Below, piece after piece: positions 9,514 through 21,258 of a stretch of DNA of 64,000 nucleotides. Each line of letters opens with the position of its first letter. Positions within the stretch are counted from its first letter, which is position 1. The notes under the pieces were generated by a model. It did no database searches. It saw only the letters and a list, made by a program, of their open reading frames with translations, and had not been told where the DNA came from. The position numbers were made by a program, and so were the translations under genes. The DNA lies in contig JAUXFM010000001.1 of the NCBI GenBank assembly GCA_030622955.1, positions 4,185-68,184 of the forward strand. The letters are read 5' to 3'. This stretch comes from Lentisphaerales bacterium. Its GTDB lineage: Bacteria; Verrucomicrobiota; Kiritimatiellia; JAUXFM01.

Positions 9514-10653
9514 ATGCAAACTGACGCATGTGCAATATTTGATGTCGGAGAATTGCCGGAGCTGTACCGGGTCGATCAGGAAAGGATCGAACTGGCGAAG
9601 GCGAGGCAGGCGGCTGTATTTCGTGGCGAGAAGCCTGACCGATGGCCTGTCCTGCTGGGGGGCGATCGAACGGAAGAACAGAAACGAATCCCTTCACCCA
9701 ATCTACAGGAAGCCTTCAATGACATAGAGCTCATGATCTGCCAGCAGATGCGCGCCGCATGTGGAACCGCCAATTCAGGAAGCGATGCCGTGCCGTCAGT
9801 GCGCGGGAATTACGGTGTTGCCGTTCTGCTTGCCACGCTCGGACTGGAGCAACAAACATTCCCGGATAAGATGCCTTGGCCCAAGGACCACCTGACCAAG
9901 GAGCAAATCGCAGATCTTACGCCGGATGCTATCAAGATCCAGGGCACATTTGAGCGTGGCCTGAACTTCATGCGGCGTCATATGGAGATCATGAAGGAAT
10001 CGCCTGCAATCTATTGCATGGATACGCAGGGCCCCTTCGATCTTGCACATCTCATCATGGGCGATGAGATCTACTATGCCCTCTACGACGCGCCCGATCT
10101 CGTCCACCACCTGCTCGAGTTCTGTCTCGCACTCAACATCAGGGCACATGAGATGATGAAGGAGATCTCGGGCGAAGCAATGAATGAGTGTTATCACAGT
10201 TGTCAGCTTTACTCTGATTGCATGGGTATCCGCATATGCGAAGATACAACAGTCCTGATATCGCCTGATGCAATGCAGGAGTTCGCCCTCCCCTACACGC
10301 AGCGGTTGGCTCAACACTTCGGTGGAGCATGGGTCCACTACTGTGGCCGCAACGACCACTTGACGCGTGCGGCATGCGCAATGCCTGAGATCCGAGCGAT
10401 CAACTTTGGTCATATTCCGGGGCACCAGCACGACCACCCATTCGAAGAGGACATGCAGTGTTGCGCGGAAACCGGCACGGTTCTTTTCGGCAACTGGCCC
10501 CGCTTCGATGACGAGAGCGGTAAGAACTACTTGCGCCGCATGTATAAATGGGCGTCAAAGGGCGTTCTCGTTACAAACGTTGGCGCCGCACTTCATGGCG
10601 GCGATCCGCTCCCCTCGCGAGAGGCGGTGCTTGACTTCTGGTATGGGATGTAG
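9514..10653 (+). CDS. Uroporphyrinogen-decarboxylase (URO-D) family protein (function unknown)
   Basis: The middle region 'GPFDLAHLIMGDE...DAPDLVHHLLEF...ISPDAMQEFALPYTQRL' fits the URO-D/MtaA-family pattern. The gene is divergent from the AraC gene. Confidence 0.45.
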   Translation: MQTDACAIFDVGELPELYRVDQERIELAKARQAAVFRGEKPDRWPVLLGGDRTEEQKRIPSPNLQEAFNDIELMICQQMRAACGTANSGSDAVPSVRGNYGVAVLLATLGLEQQTFPDKMPWPKDHLTKEQIADLTPDAIKIQGTFERGLNFMRRHMEIMKESPAIYCMDTQGPFDLAHLIMGDEIYYALYDAPDLVHHLLEFCLALNIRAHEMMKEISGEAMNECYHSCQLYSDCMGIRICEDTTVLISPDAMQEFALPYTQRLAQHFGGAWVHYCGRNDHLTRAACAMPEIRAINFGHIPGHQHDHPFEEDMQCCAETGTVLFGNWPRFDDESGKNYLRRMYKWASKGVLVTNVGAALHGGDPLPSREAVLDFWYGM

Positions 10654-10857
10654 CCCGCCCTACCTAGCCATCGCGCTTTGGTCGCATATAGGCAGGGAGC
10701 CCCAAGCCTATCGCATATCTCGGCGATCATCTGGCCTTCGGGAACAATGCAGGTTTTGTTCATAACTGAGATCCTGCCTCGATCCCCTTCCTGCTCCTCT
10801 ACTTGAAGCATCCTGCGATCCAATAACCGATGGATCAACATACCCTGCGTCGCACAG

Positions 10858-11730
10858 TTATTCAGTACTGCTATGCCGAAGCGCTTCAACACCACCAATG
10901 ACATCAAGCAGTTCAGCGGTTATGCTGTCCTGGCGCACAGACTGGTATTGCCCTGTGAGCCTGAGAAGCCGCTCCTCAATGTTACTGCCTGCCGATGTCA
11001 TGGAAAGAAGACGCGCGCCGTTCTCACTGCAATGACTCTCAACAAGAGCACGGTACAACTCTATGAAAAAATACTCCTCAATGAACGATCCGATCAGCTC
11101 CTCAGGCGGAGCCGTCAGTAGCGGCTCACTACGAAAGGCATCTGCTCTGCCCTCATTGAGCATGTCCCTTGTCGGTGGCAACACGCGCCGCACGTTCTCA
11201 CGAAATCGGCCCATGCCATCATACGCATTGTAAACGAAGTGCAGTTCAACGCTGCCAAGTTCTACGTATTTCTCGAAGACCTGGGCAGCAAGTTCAGGAA
11301 TTTGTATCTTGATGCCCTCTAATCCAGTTGGTGACGGAGCCGACAGAACCGGCTCAATGTCACGCATGGCCAGGATTTCAGAACCGCGTCGACCAATCAC
11401 AATGAAATCGACCTCGCCATCGGTTTCTTTCTCGAAAGCCAATGCGGCCTGGACAACACGTTCGTTGTATGTGCCACACAACCCCTGGTCACTCGCAAAG
11501 ACAAGAGCCATGCGCCGCCCTTCGGTCGCCAGGCCTGCCCTCATGACATCAGACCTATTAAGCAGAACACCCAGACAGGTTTCAACCACTTCACTGCAGG
11601 GTCGAATGGCAGCAAGCGCCGACTCTGCCCGGCGTACGTAAATGGCGGCGAGATTGCGCATGGCGTTAACGATCTCGCCCAGCTTCTTGACGCTGTCCAG
11701 CGTGCGCTGTAATTCCCGCAGTTCAGCCAT
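10858..11730 (-). CDS. atpG: ATP synthase gamma subunit (N-ATPase operon)
   Basis: Gamma-subunit hallmarks: N-terminus 'MAELRELQRTLDSVKKLGEIVNAMRNLAA' and C-terminus 'ITAELLDVIGGVEAL'. Confidence 0.9.
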   Translation of the reverse strand: MAELRELQRTLDSVKKLGEIVNAMRNLAAIYVRRAESALAAIRPCSEVVETCLGVLLNRSDVMRAGLATEGRRMALVFASDQGLCGTYNERVVQAALAFEKETDGEVDFIVIGRRGSEILAMRDIEPVLSAPSPTGLEGIKIQIPELAAQVFEKYVELGSVELHFVYNAYDGMGRFRENVRRVLPPTRDMLNEGRADAFRSEPLLTAPPEELIGSFIEEYFFIELYRALVESHCSENGARLLSMTSAGSNIEERLLRLTGQYQSVRQDSITAELLDVIGGVEALRHSSTE

Positions 11731-11732
11731 GT

Positions 11733-13247
11733 CTATCCCTTGAACCGGGCTCTCACGCCCTCCGCGAACGAGTCAATGGCCGATGCATCCGCAACTGCGA
11801 GTTTCTCGCCGGCCTCAATTCGAGCCAGCAATTCCGACAGTTGTTCTGGGGCCTCCCGGCGCAAGCTCTGTTCAAAAGCACGCACCTGTTCGACATCCAG
11901 TTCGTTCAGAATGTCGCTGGAAGCTATCTTAAGGATCACCACCTGCAAAGCAAGAGAGATCGGATCATTCGCAAGCTGCTTGAGGATTTCTCTCAACCGC
12001 TTCCCCTTTTCCAGGGCTGCTCGGGTATCTTCTTCCAGCGTTGTGCCGAACTTCGTGAACTGCTCAAGTTCAAGGAACTGGGTATAGGTCAACCGCAGTT
12101 GCTGGGCAAGACTCTTCATGGCAGGAATCTGCGTCTTGCTGCCAACACGACTGACGCTCAACCCGATATCTACTGCCGGCAAGAAACCCGATTGATAAAG
12201 CTCTGGGCTGAGATAGACCTGGCCATCAGTTATCGAGATCAGGTTAGTGGGTATATAAGCAGAAATGTTCTGCGCCTGCGTCTCAATGATCGGCAGAGCC
12301 GTCTGAGATCCCCCGCCATGCTTCTCGTCAAGCTGTGTTGCGCGCTCCAGCAGGCGAGAATGAATGAAAAATACATCGCCTGGATAGGCTTCACGGCCGG
12401 GTGGCCTTCTCATTAGAAGACTGAGCTCACGATAGGTTTGCGCGTGTTTCGTCAGGTCATCGTACACAACAAGGGTGTCACGACCCTGCTCCATGAAGAA
12501 CTCGCTTATCGTGCAACCGGCGTAGGGCGTGATGAATTGCAGCCCGGGGGATGAGTCGGCGTCGGCTACAACAACCACTGTATGGTCCATGGCGCCGCAT
12601 TCGCGCAGGGTTTTAATGATGCGGGCAACCGATGATGCTCTCTGACCGACCGACACGTAAACGCAAATCACACCCGTCTTCGCCTGGTTAATAATCGCAT
12701 CAATCGCAATAGTAGTCTTCCCCGTGCTACGATCGCCGATTATCAGTTGTCTCTGGCCACAGCCGATAGGAATCAAGGAATCGACGGATTTCAGACCCGT
12801 CGACAGCGGCTTCACGACGGGAGAGCGGGCAAGAATCGCAGGTGCTTCTTTCTCGATCGGATCGTAGCGTTCAGCTGCTACGGGGGAACCCCCATCGAGA
12901 GGATTGCCCAGCGGGTCAATAACACGTCCCACAAGGTTGTCGCCCACCGGCGTACGTGCAACTTCCCCCGTACATTCAACAGTCTCACCGGCCATGATAT
13001 CCGTATCATCGCCGAGCAGGACACAGCCGATCTCGTCTTCGTCGACATTGAACGCCATGCCGGTGACAACGTGAGAGAAACGTATCAGCTCAAGCGACCT
13101 GGCGCTCGGCAATCCCGAGATCCTGGCAATTCCGTCACCTGCACTGACTATTCTGCCGATCTCGCTGGTACGTGGTTCAACAGGAGCCGCGGCCGCGGAT
13201 TTCTCCAGGCTCGCCAGGGCCTGCCGGCTTGTTTCAAGAATACTCAC
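11733..13247 (-). CDS. atpA: ATP synthase alpha subunit (N-ATPase operon)
   Basis: Walker A 'GDRSTGKTTIA', and the product is 504 aa. Confidence 0.95.
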   Translation of the reverse strand: MSILETSRQALASLEKSAAAAPVEPRTSEIGRIVSAGDGIARISGLPSARSLELIRFSHVVTGMAFNVDEDEIGCVLLGDDTDIMAGETVECTGEVARTPVGDNLVGRVIDPLGNPLDGGSPVAAERYDPIEKEAPAILARSPVVKPLSTGLKSVDSLIPIGCGQRQLIIGDRSTGKTTIAIDAIINQAKTGVICVYVSVGQRASSVARIIKTLRECGAMDHTVVVVADADSSPGLQFITPYAGCTISEFFMEQGRDTLVVYDDLTKHAQTYRELSLLMRRPPGREAYPGDVFFIHSRLLERATQLDEKHGGGSQTALPIIETQAQNISAYIPTNLISITDGQVYLSPELYQSGFLPAVDIGLSVSRVGSKTQIPAMKSLAQQLRLTYTQFLELEQFTKFGTTLEEDTRAALEKGKRLREILKQLANDPISLALQVVILKIASSDILNELDVEQVRAFEQSLRREAPEQLSELLARIEAGEKLAVADASAIDSFAEGVRARFKG

Positions 13248-14005
13248 TTGCTGTCATCCTTTTCTTCAGCAACATCGACGGACACCATCTCACGTACACG
13301 GACCAGTACATCGGACAAGCTGGCATCAACGGCCGAGGAACTGAACTCCACACGCGCACCTGCAATCAGGTCATCGTCTGTCTTGAATTCGATCTCTACA
13401 GATGTCCCGGCCACTTTGTGAATTCGTTCGGTTATCTTCTTGCGATCGACCTCGGCAAGTTCCAGGGCGCTGATCACACGCACAGGAAGTTCTTCATCGG
13501 ACGACGTGTCTGCTGGCGCACCAACCTTGTCAAGTTCTGCGAGCAGACGTTCCTGTAGCCGTGATTGCAGATCCACATCGACCAGCTTGCGCAGGATGTC
13601 GCCAGCAACGGCCACTCCTGTGTTTACAATATCCTGCTGCAGCGTCTTCCTGGCCTCGCGGGATTCGCGTTCATAGACGCGTTTCAGGTTCGCGATCTCT
13701 GTCTCTGCACCTCTAGTCGCCTTCTCGAGAAGCTTGTCGGCGGCATCTGCCGCTGATTTGCTTGCTTTAGCCCGGATCTCATCCGCTTCCTGTGCGGCGC
13801 GAGCCAGCTTACTCTCGTACTCCTGTTTCGCCTGTTCAGCTTTCTCGGTCTCTTCTTTGGCTTCCTGCTGCGCATCCTCAATGGATTTCCGACGCGATTC
13901 CAGAACGCCCAAGAGCGGCTTATGCAGTAACTTCCACAAAAGCCCCACAAGAATAATGAAGTTGATAACGGCAAATCCGAACGACAGCCAACTGAATTCC
14001 AACAT
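13244..14005 (-). CDS. atpF: ATP synthase subunit b (long N-ATPase-type b; no separate delta gene)
   Basis: A single N-terminal TM is followed by a long charged coiled coil, 253 aa in total. It overlaps atpA by 4 bp. Confidence 0.8.
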   Translation of the reverse strand: MLEFSWLSFGFAVINFIILVGLLWKLLHKPLLGVLESRRKSIEDAQQEAKEETEKAEQAKQEYESKLARAAQEADEIRAKASKSAADAADKLLEKATRGAETEIANLKRVYERESREARKTLQQDIVNTGVAVAGDILRKLVDVDLQSRLQERLLAELDKVGAPADTSSDEELPVRVISALELAEVDRKKITERIHKVAGTSVEIEFKTDDDLIAGARVEFSSSAVDASLSDVLVRVREMVSVDVAEEKDDSK

Positions 14006-14029
14006 GACGAATATCTCCGTTGGGTCAGA

Positions 14030-14320
14030 CTACTTCACGAATAGGATAATGAACGCCATTACCAGACAGTATATTGCGGTGGATTCCACCATCGCCAATC
14101 CGACAAACAGCGTACGAGAGACCGTACCGCCGGCGTCAGGCTGTCTTGCTATGGAATCGAGGGCCTGGGCCAGGGCTTTCCCTTCGGCGAACGCGGGACC
14201 AACCGAACCAATAGCTATAGTGGCACCTGCCACTATATATCGAACCATTTGCAGGAGCGTTTCCGCCTCCAATTGGGCTACTTCCATACTCTTAGCTACT
14301 TCTACTGCGACTTCATTCAT
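14030..14320 (-). CDS. atpE: ATP synthase c subunit (Na+-binding-type motif)
   Basis: The second helix carries 'ESTAIY', which has the Na+-coordinating E-S-T...Y spacing of Ilyobacter c-subunits. The start is chosen at the 'MNEVAVE' Met, so it is uncertain by a few codons. Confidence 0.8.
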   Translation of the reverse strand: MNEVAVEVAKSMEVAQLEAETLLQMVRYIVAGATIAIGSVGPAFAEGKALAQALDSIARQPDAGGTVSRTLFVGLAMVESTAIYCLVMAFIILFVK

Positions 14321-15062
14321 TCTTCGTATCTCCTTTCGGGGATGTGGTTGCGACTTTCTCTTTGACGGTACGCCGCTCAACCACTGCCCCGATATAAACA
14401 AGAGCCAGTACCGTAAATATGTATGCCTGGATAGCTGCCGTGATCAGGCTGAGAATGGAAAGAAAAAGTGTCAGCACAAAGGCTACTGGCATGAAAACAA
14501 CCGCATAGCCCTTGACTACCGTTGTCACAACACCCACAACAACCAGCAGCAGAAACTCGCCGCTCATTATGTTGCCGAAAAGGCGAATCGCCAGCGACAA
14601 GGTCCGCGTGATTTCACCAAGCAGATTGAATGGAAGCATGAAGGGATTCGGCTGAAGATAACTGCGCGCATACTTGCTCATACCTTTCGAAGAAATCCCA
14701 TAAAACGGCACTGAGCAGAATACGATCATGGCCAGTGCCACAGTAACACTCAAATCGCCCGTTGGACTACTCAAACCCGGAATCATGCCCACCAGGTTAG
14801 CCGTAAACACGAACAGGAACAACGTGCCAGCGAGAGGAATAAATGGTTTCGGGTCACTGCGAACGATTTCCCTGATCAGCGAGCAGAGCTGTTCCATGAA
14901 CATTTCGAACATACTCTGGAGCCTGCCCATCCGACCGAGACGAATACCACGCGAGAGAAAGAGGGAGAGCAGGAGCAGAAACACCATCACTCCCCAGGTA
15001 GCATATGCGCTCTGCGGGACATGTTGCAGAATTAACACCAGTTTGTTCATTACTTCAGGCAT
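14313..15062 (-). CDS. atpB: ATP synthase a subunit
   Basis: 5-TM protein with the conserved 'LSLAIRLFGNIMSGE' Arg-containing helix. Confidence 0.9.
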   Translation of the reverse strand: MPEVMNKLVLILQHVPQSAYATWGVMVFLLLLSLFLSRGIRLGRMGRLQSMFEMFMEQLCSLIREIVRSDPKPFIPLAGTLFLFVFTANLVGMIPGLSSPTGDLSVTVALAMIVFCSVPFYGISSKGMSKYARSYLQPNPFMLPFNLLGEITRTLSLAIRLFGNIMSGEFLLLVVVGVVTTVVKGYAVVFMPVAFVLTLFLSILSLITAAIQAYIFTVLALVYIGAVVERRTVKEKVATTSPKGDTKNE

Positions 15063-15381
15063 CCTGTTTGTCTTCTTCGACTGCCTCTCTCTTCACCATG
15101 CGCGATACGAGGAGGCGCGCAACTATAGCGCCGACAGTTCCTGAAAGCATGGCTGCTGCTATCTTCTCACCCGGCAGGTTGACAGCCACCAGCACCAGGA
15201 TCACGCCGACAATCAAAATACGCGCGTAGAGAGCTGCCGGTACAACCCAGAGCGGCCCGCTCTTCTTCAACACATAGTTAACCTGGAGCCGGATAGACAG
15301 AAAGAACAATCCGCCAAACACAAACCCCACCACCAGGGAAACCAGCCAGCCAACAAACCCCATACCCATCAGTTCTTTCAT
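15055..15381 (-). CDS. atpR: N-ATPase accessory membrane protein AtpR
   Basis: Small 3-TM protein with a conserved intramembrane Arg, sitting between atpQ and atpB as in N-ATPase operons. Confidence 0.65.
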   Translation of the reverse strand: MKELMGMGFVGWLVSLVVGFVFGGLFFLSIRLQVNYVLKKSGPLWVVPAALYARILIVGVILVLVAVNLPGEKIAAAMLSGTVGAIVARLLVSRMVKREAVEEDKQDA

Positions 15382-15673
15382 ATCTTCTCCTTAATCATCC
15401 GCCAGGCTGTGATGCAACCTATAATGACCCCCACAAGCAAAAAAAAGACCGTGAAGATCTGCGCGGAATCTAATCGGCCATCAAGCCATCTGCCCAGCAA
15501 CACTCCCAGGGCAGCAGGAACAGAAATGGACCATCCGACTGTCCCGGCCATGCCGACAGATCGCCAGAACGAGGAATCACCATCTCGCACATGCTCTTCG
15601 TGCCGTTCCCGTCTGCGCTGGACCTCTGCCAAAAATGCATCCCTTCCTCTTCCGCGCTCTGCCTTCTCCGCAG

Positions 15674-15677
<4 letters not shown>
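15378..15677 (-). CDS. atpQ: N-ATPase accessory protein AtpQ (AtpI/AtpZ-like)
   Basis: 99 aa 2-TM protein located between atpC and atpR. Confidence 0.65.
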
Positions 15678-17634
<1,957 letters not shown>

Positions 17635-17777
17635 TTAGTTTCTGGCTTTGCGGCTCAAATTGTGACATCTGGCCAAACGCCCATGTTGGCTCAATGGACG
17701 AGCTAGAGCCTTGAGATTTCTGGATCGCATGATCAAATCTGCAAGTCAATCCTCTTTGTGAATTGTGAAGACGTGCG

Positions 17778-17786
17778 CCCCCCCCC
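17778..17786. repeat. Homopolymeric C9 tract just 3' of tRNA-Glu
   Basis: Read directly. Confidence 0.9.
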
Positions 17787-17851
17787 TTCTCTGCAAATGC
17801 ACAAGAGGTCGCGATTGCGGTTATAGCCTATGGATAAAAGGTGTCATCGAG

Positions 17852-17927
17852 ATGGCGCGCCCACGGGGAGTCGAACCCCGCTTACCAGGATGAAAACCTG
17901 GTGTCCTAAACCGATAGACGATGGGCG
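17852..17927 (-). tRNA. tRNA-Glu (anticodon UUC)
   Basis: The reverse complement folds as a cloverleaf. It has a 7-bp acceptor stem GCGCCCA/TGGGCGC, anticodon stem CCAGG/CCTGG with loop TTTTCAT (UUC), a T-arm CGGGG-TTCGACT-CCCCG, and an encoded CCA. Confidence 0.85.
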
Positions 17928-18061
17928 CACTGTTCTGCAAGCATGCGGAAGATACCATAAACAGGACTCCGCACAACAAAAAAACAGCAAATCTCCCGAA
18001 ATACCGGGCATTTCAAAAGACTTGCCCAAATTGCCATTCAGTTTTATCATTTAAGGAGCTC

Positions 18062-18733
18062 ATGCGCAAATATCTGTCGGTTAAGAATCTTGAACAGGCC
18101 CTGATATTGGCGAGTGTCTGCACCGTGATGTCGATACCACGCATGTCAATGGGCAAAATGCCGTTGCAGTGGTGTATCCCTTCCGCCGTCTGCTGCCTGA
18201 CACTTGTTGCCGGCGCTGCCACCGCATGGGGGAAGTACGCAGGACTCCCGGGCATCTTTCCGACTTCCCGGAGATCGCTGGTGGGCGTACTGGCGGCTAT
18301 CCTGCTGGGCCTGGTGTTCGTGCCCGTCAGAATGATGATGGATCCAACAGTGAAAGAGATCTTCGCCAGGGATCTTACGCCTGAAGCGATGTCTCTCATC
18401 TATCCCACAACACTAACGGGCTGCGTTGCGCTCGTGCTCTGGGCCGCGAGTTTCGGGGTGCTCTTCTTCCAGGCAGGCACGATCTCTTTCCTCGCACGGC
18501 TGACAGGCCGTAGGTCAATAGCCGTCGCCGGATCGGTTGCACTGCGGCTCTACGTGATGCACATGAAGATGGCCAGCAGAGAAGTGGAGTCCCTCCCCTT
18601 CATGCTGGCGGGGACCACCATAGTCGGACTGGTCACCGCCATGCTTTACATTAAAGGCGGGCTACCGGCAGCAATGGCCTTCGCTGCAACAGTTGATAGC
18701 AGACATTTCCTTCTACTCGCCGGAGAAGAATAG
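18062..18733 (+). CDS. Hypothetical polytopic membrane protein
   Basis: The ORF has 5-6 hydrophobic helices and no recognisable family. The start is at ATG 18062, after the tRNA. Confidence 0.4.
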   Translation: MRKYLSVKNLEQALILASVCTVMSIPRMSMGKMPLQWCIPSAVCCLTLVAGAATAWGKYAGLPGIFPTSRRSLVGVLAAILLGLVFVPVRMMMDPTVKEIFARDLTPEAMSLIYPTTLTGCVALVLWAASFGVLFFQAGTISFLARLTGRRSIAVAGSVALRLYVMHMKMASREVESLPFMLAGTTIVGLVTAMLYIKGGLPAAMAFAATVDSRHFLLLAGEE

Positions 18734-18908
18734 GAGCGGCGTGAAAGCAATGGCGGCGGGCGTTTCTCTCCTGGAAAGTGCCCCACCTGAATATCTGTCC
18801 GTGCGCGGGGAACAGTGGGCGCTTGGCAATAGCTTTGCCAACGTTGGAGATCGCAGTGGCCACCTCATCACCGACCCAGGTGATCTCTTTCGCCTGCTCT
18901 TTGAAATA

Positions 18909-18917
18909 GGGGGGGGG
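18909..18917. repeat. Homopolymeric G9 tract in convergent intergenic region
   Basis: Read directly. Confidence 0.9.
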
Positions 18918-18998
18918 CAGCCACTAGTGCTCGAGCGACTTGAGTGACCGGATCTGGTTCTTGAGCGCTGGATGTTATATTCATCACGCTGGGAATTC

Positions 18999-19718
18999 CT
19001 ATTTTCTGCGCAAGGCGCTGAAATGTTTCAGAACGGGCTCAAGTGTCTTGTAACTGTCAAGCGTTGTTGACACTATCAGGCGGCCTGCACCAAAATCATA
19101 GCTTGCAAATGCGCCTTCCGGAAACTTCGCACCTAATCCTTCGAAATACGCTTTGGCCGTTGTCTTCTTGATGCCCTGCACGCGCCACTGCTCTATGGCA
19201 TAGGTCCTGGTGAACAGACGCGGCGTGTCTTCTGTGGTCTCCCTGGCAAGGAGCACCGAGTTATTGCGTATCTTCACGGACAAGCCGCTCACCATTGCAA
19301 TTGTATTAAGCAGCTCCTCAAGGGTCATCGTCGACCCTGAGAACGTAATAGCGCCAACATTGTCATCCTTCTTGACGTTCAGGATGATGTTGACCCCTGT
19401 CTTGTCGGGATCCTGCGCCTTGGACTGATACCGGAGAAAGGTCACAACATCCTGCATGTCGGCCGCTCTGAAATCGATCTTCGGGATCTTTATGATCTTC
19501 AGCTTCTGCTCAACGGTCAATGTAGATTTCTTGATCTCATTCTTGGCTCTAACCAGCACGTATTCTTTCTTATCGACCAGGACCTTGGCGCCAGTCTTGT
19601 CACTGAACGGACCAAAGATCTTGCCAGTGCTCTTCTCCTGGAGGTAGAAGAGTTCAGCGCTCGCGAGTTGCGTGAAAATGACAAAAGAACAGACTGCAAA
19701 CAGTAAACATTTCTTCAT
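18999..19718 (-). CDS. Hypothetical secreted protein (signal peptide; Lys-rich; lower-GC gene)
   Basis: Signal peptide 'MKKCLLFAVCSFVIFTQLASA'. The gene is visibly more AT-rich than its neighbours. Confidence 0.5.
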   Translation of the reverse strand: MKKCLLFAVCSFVIFTQLASAELFYLQEKSTGKIFGPFSDKTGAKVLVDKKEYVLVRAKNEIKKSTLTVEQKLKIIKIPKIDFRAADMQDVVTFLRYQSKAQDPDKTGVNIILNVKKDDNVGAITFSGSTMTLEELLNTIAMVSGLSVKIRNNSVLLARETTEDTPRLFTRTYAIEQWRVQGIKKTTAKAYFEGLGAKFPEGAFASYDFGAGRLIVSTTLDSYKTLEPVLKHFSALRRK

Positions 19719-19912
19719 AGCGAATCTCCCACGAGACAGTAATTAGTTATAGCACAGGAAAGGTGAGCAGACAAGAGAGACGCAGGCGGTAGAGAATTTT
19801 TCAAGCGGCAACACACAAGTCGGAGCCAAAAGAAACTCTCGGCTCTTCACTGTAGGCCCCTATAAGGCATATTCGCCCTATTATGAGGAGAAGGATGCAT
19901 CAGCCACTCAAG

Positions 19913-20980
19913 TCACATCCCACGCCCCAGGAAGTCAACAGTGATGATCTCGGGCTTGCAATAGACGCGCAGCGGGGGTGATGATGCACCCAAACCTGAC
20001 GTCACGAACAAGTGCGTATCATCAAGCTTGAAATGACCATGACAGAAACGCCGCCCGTACTTGGACGGTATCACCAATGGCCCAATGAAAGGTAACCGCC
20101 CCTGCCCACCGTGAAAATGTCCGGCAAAAACCGCATCGGCCCCTGCCTCGCTCAAGTCGTAGATATTATCCGGCGTATGTGTCAACGCCAGCAGCAGATC
20201 GCCATTCGTTTTCTGAGGTAAACGGTAATCCTTGCAACCCCATGGTGCATCATACCCGCAGATGATCGCATTATGGTCACTCGAAATCGGCACTTTTGCC
20301 GTCTCTCCGCTGAGCAATATCAGCCCACACTCTCGAAGCGTCCGGGCAACATCATCGCCCCCTACCCAATGGTCATGATTGCCCAGCACGGCAAAGGTCC
20401 CGCATTTTGCCTTCATCTTTGCCAGAATCCCCGGCAGCAACGGAATCCAATGGTGTTCTGAAACAAAATCCCCGGCCATGAATATGACATCGGGCTCTGC
20501 CGCCACAGCACGTCGGAGCGCAGCCTTGTAGTAACTGATCGGAAACAGGTCATTAACATGCAGGTCGCTCATGAGCACAACCCTGAAGCGATCGAACTGC
20601 CATTTCTCGTTCCTGATCTCGTATCGACGTTCTGCGAGATCGAAGGTCGTAAAAGGTTTCACGAGAGAGATGTGCGTGTTGCTGCTTTCGACAGGCGCCG
20701 GCGCTGCGCACTGCCGCCCGAGCATCGCGTCGCGAATCTCGTTCAGGAGCAGGATGATCACTATCGCAATCGGGGCCCCGAGCCATGCAGAAAGCCCGAG
20801 ATAATACCCGCCGACCACTGGCGCAAGTACCAGTGCGGCAAGAAACGAGAGCAAGACCCAGCGCTTGGCATTACCATCGCACATGTGCAACAAACGTCGG
20901 CTGAACAGGACCATGTAGACGGTCATCCCGCCAATGCCGTACAAACCGGCCGCAAGAATGTTATCCCAATTTAGCATCAT
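19913..20980 (-). CDS. Membrane-anchored metallophosphoesterase (calcineurin-like, YkuE/YaeI-type)
   Basis: Three N-terminal TMs, then MPP motifs 'DLHVND', 'GDFVSEHHW', 'GNHDHW', 'GHFHGGQ'. Confidence 0.8.
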   Translation of the reverse strand: MMLNWDNILAAGLYGIGGMTVYMVLFSRRLLHMCDGNAKRWVLLSFLAALVLAPVVGGYYLGLSAWLGAPIAIVIILLLNEIRDAMLGRQCAAPAPVESSNTHISLVKPFTTFDLAERRYEIRNEKWQFDRFRVVLMSDLHVNDLFPISYYKAALRRAVAAEPDVIFMAGDFVSEHHWIPLLPGILAKMKAKCGTFAVLGNHDHWVGGDDVARTLRECGLILLSGETAKVPISSDHNAIICGYDAPWGCKDYRLPQKTNGDLLLALTHTPDNIYDLSEAGADAVFAGHFHGGQGRLPFIGPLVIPSKYGRRFCHGHFKLDDTHLFVTSGLGASSPPLRVYCKPEIITVDFLGRGM

Positions 20981-21258
20981 TCCCGTTCCTGTAATTTCCT
21001 TCTGACCACATAATAATCGAACAGCACATGGCCAATCCTTGCCAGTATCATACCGGGCAATGCCAGGGCCACCATGATTCTAACCAACAGGAAGAATCCT
21101 GCCAGCAAGAGGGTAGTCCCTGGCACATGCTCGCCAGCGGCGAAGATTACTGACATAACATTGTTCGCCGCAAGATAATGAATCAGAACAACGTGCAGGA
21201 AGAGCAGGCCAAAGATCTCAATGCAGCTCACAATCATCGTTTTCCGCCAGTTTCTCAT
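20977..21258 (-). CDS. Small hypothetical membrane protein (3 TM, 93 aa)
   Basis: Its start overlaps the upstream gene by 4 bp and its stop overlaps the downstream gene by 4 bp. This fits translational coupling within an operon. Confidence 0.45.
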   Translation of the reverse strand: MRNWRKTMIVSCIEIFGLLFLHVVLIHYLAANNVMSVIFAAGEHVPGTTLLLAGFFLLVRIMVALALPGMILARIGHVLFDYYVVRRKLQERE

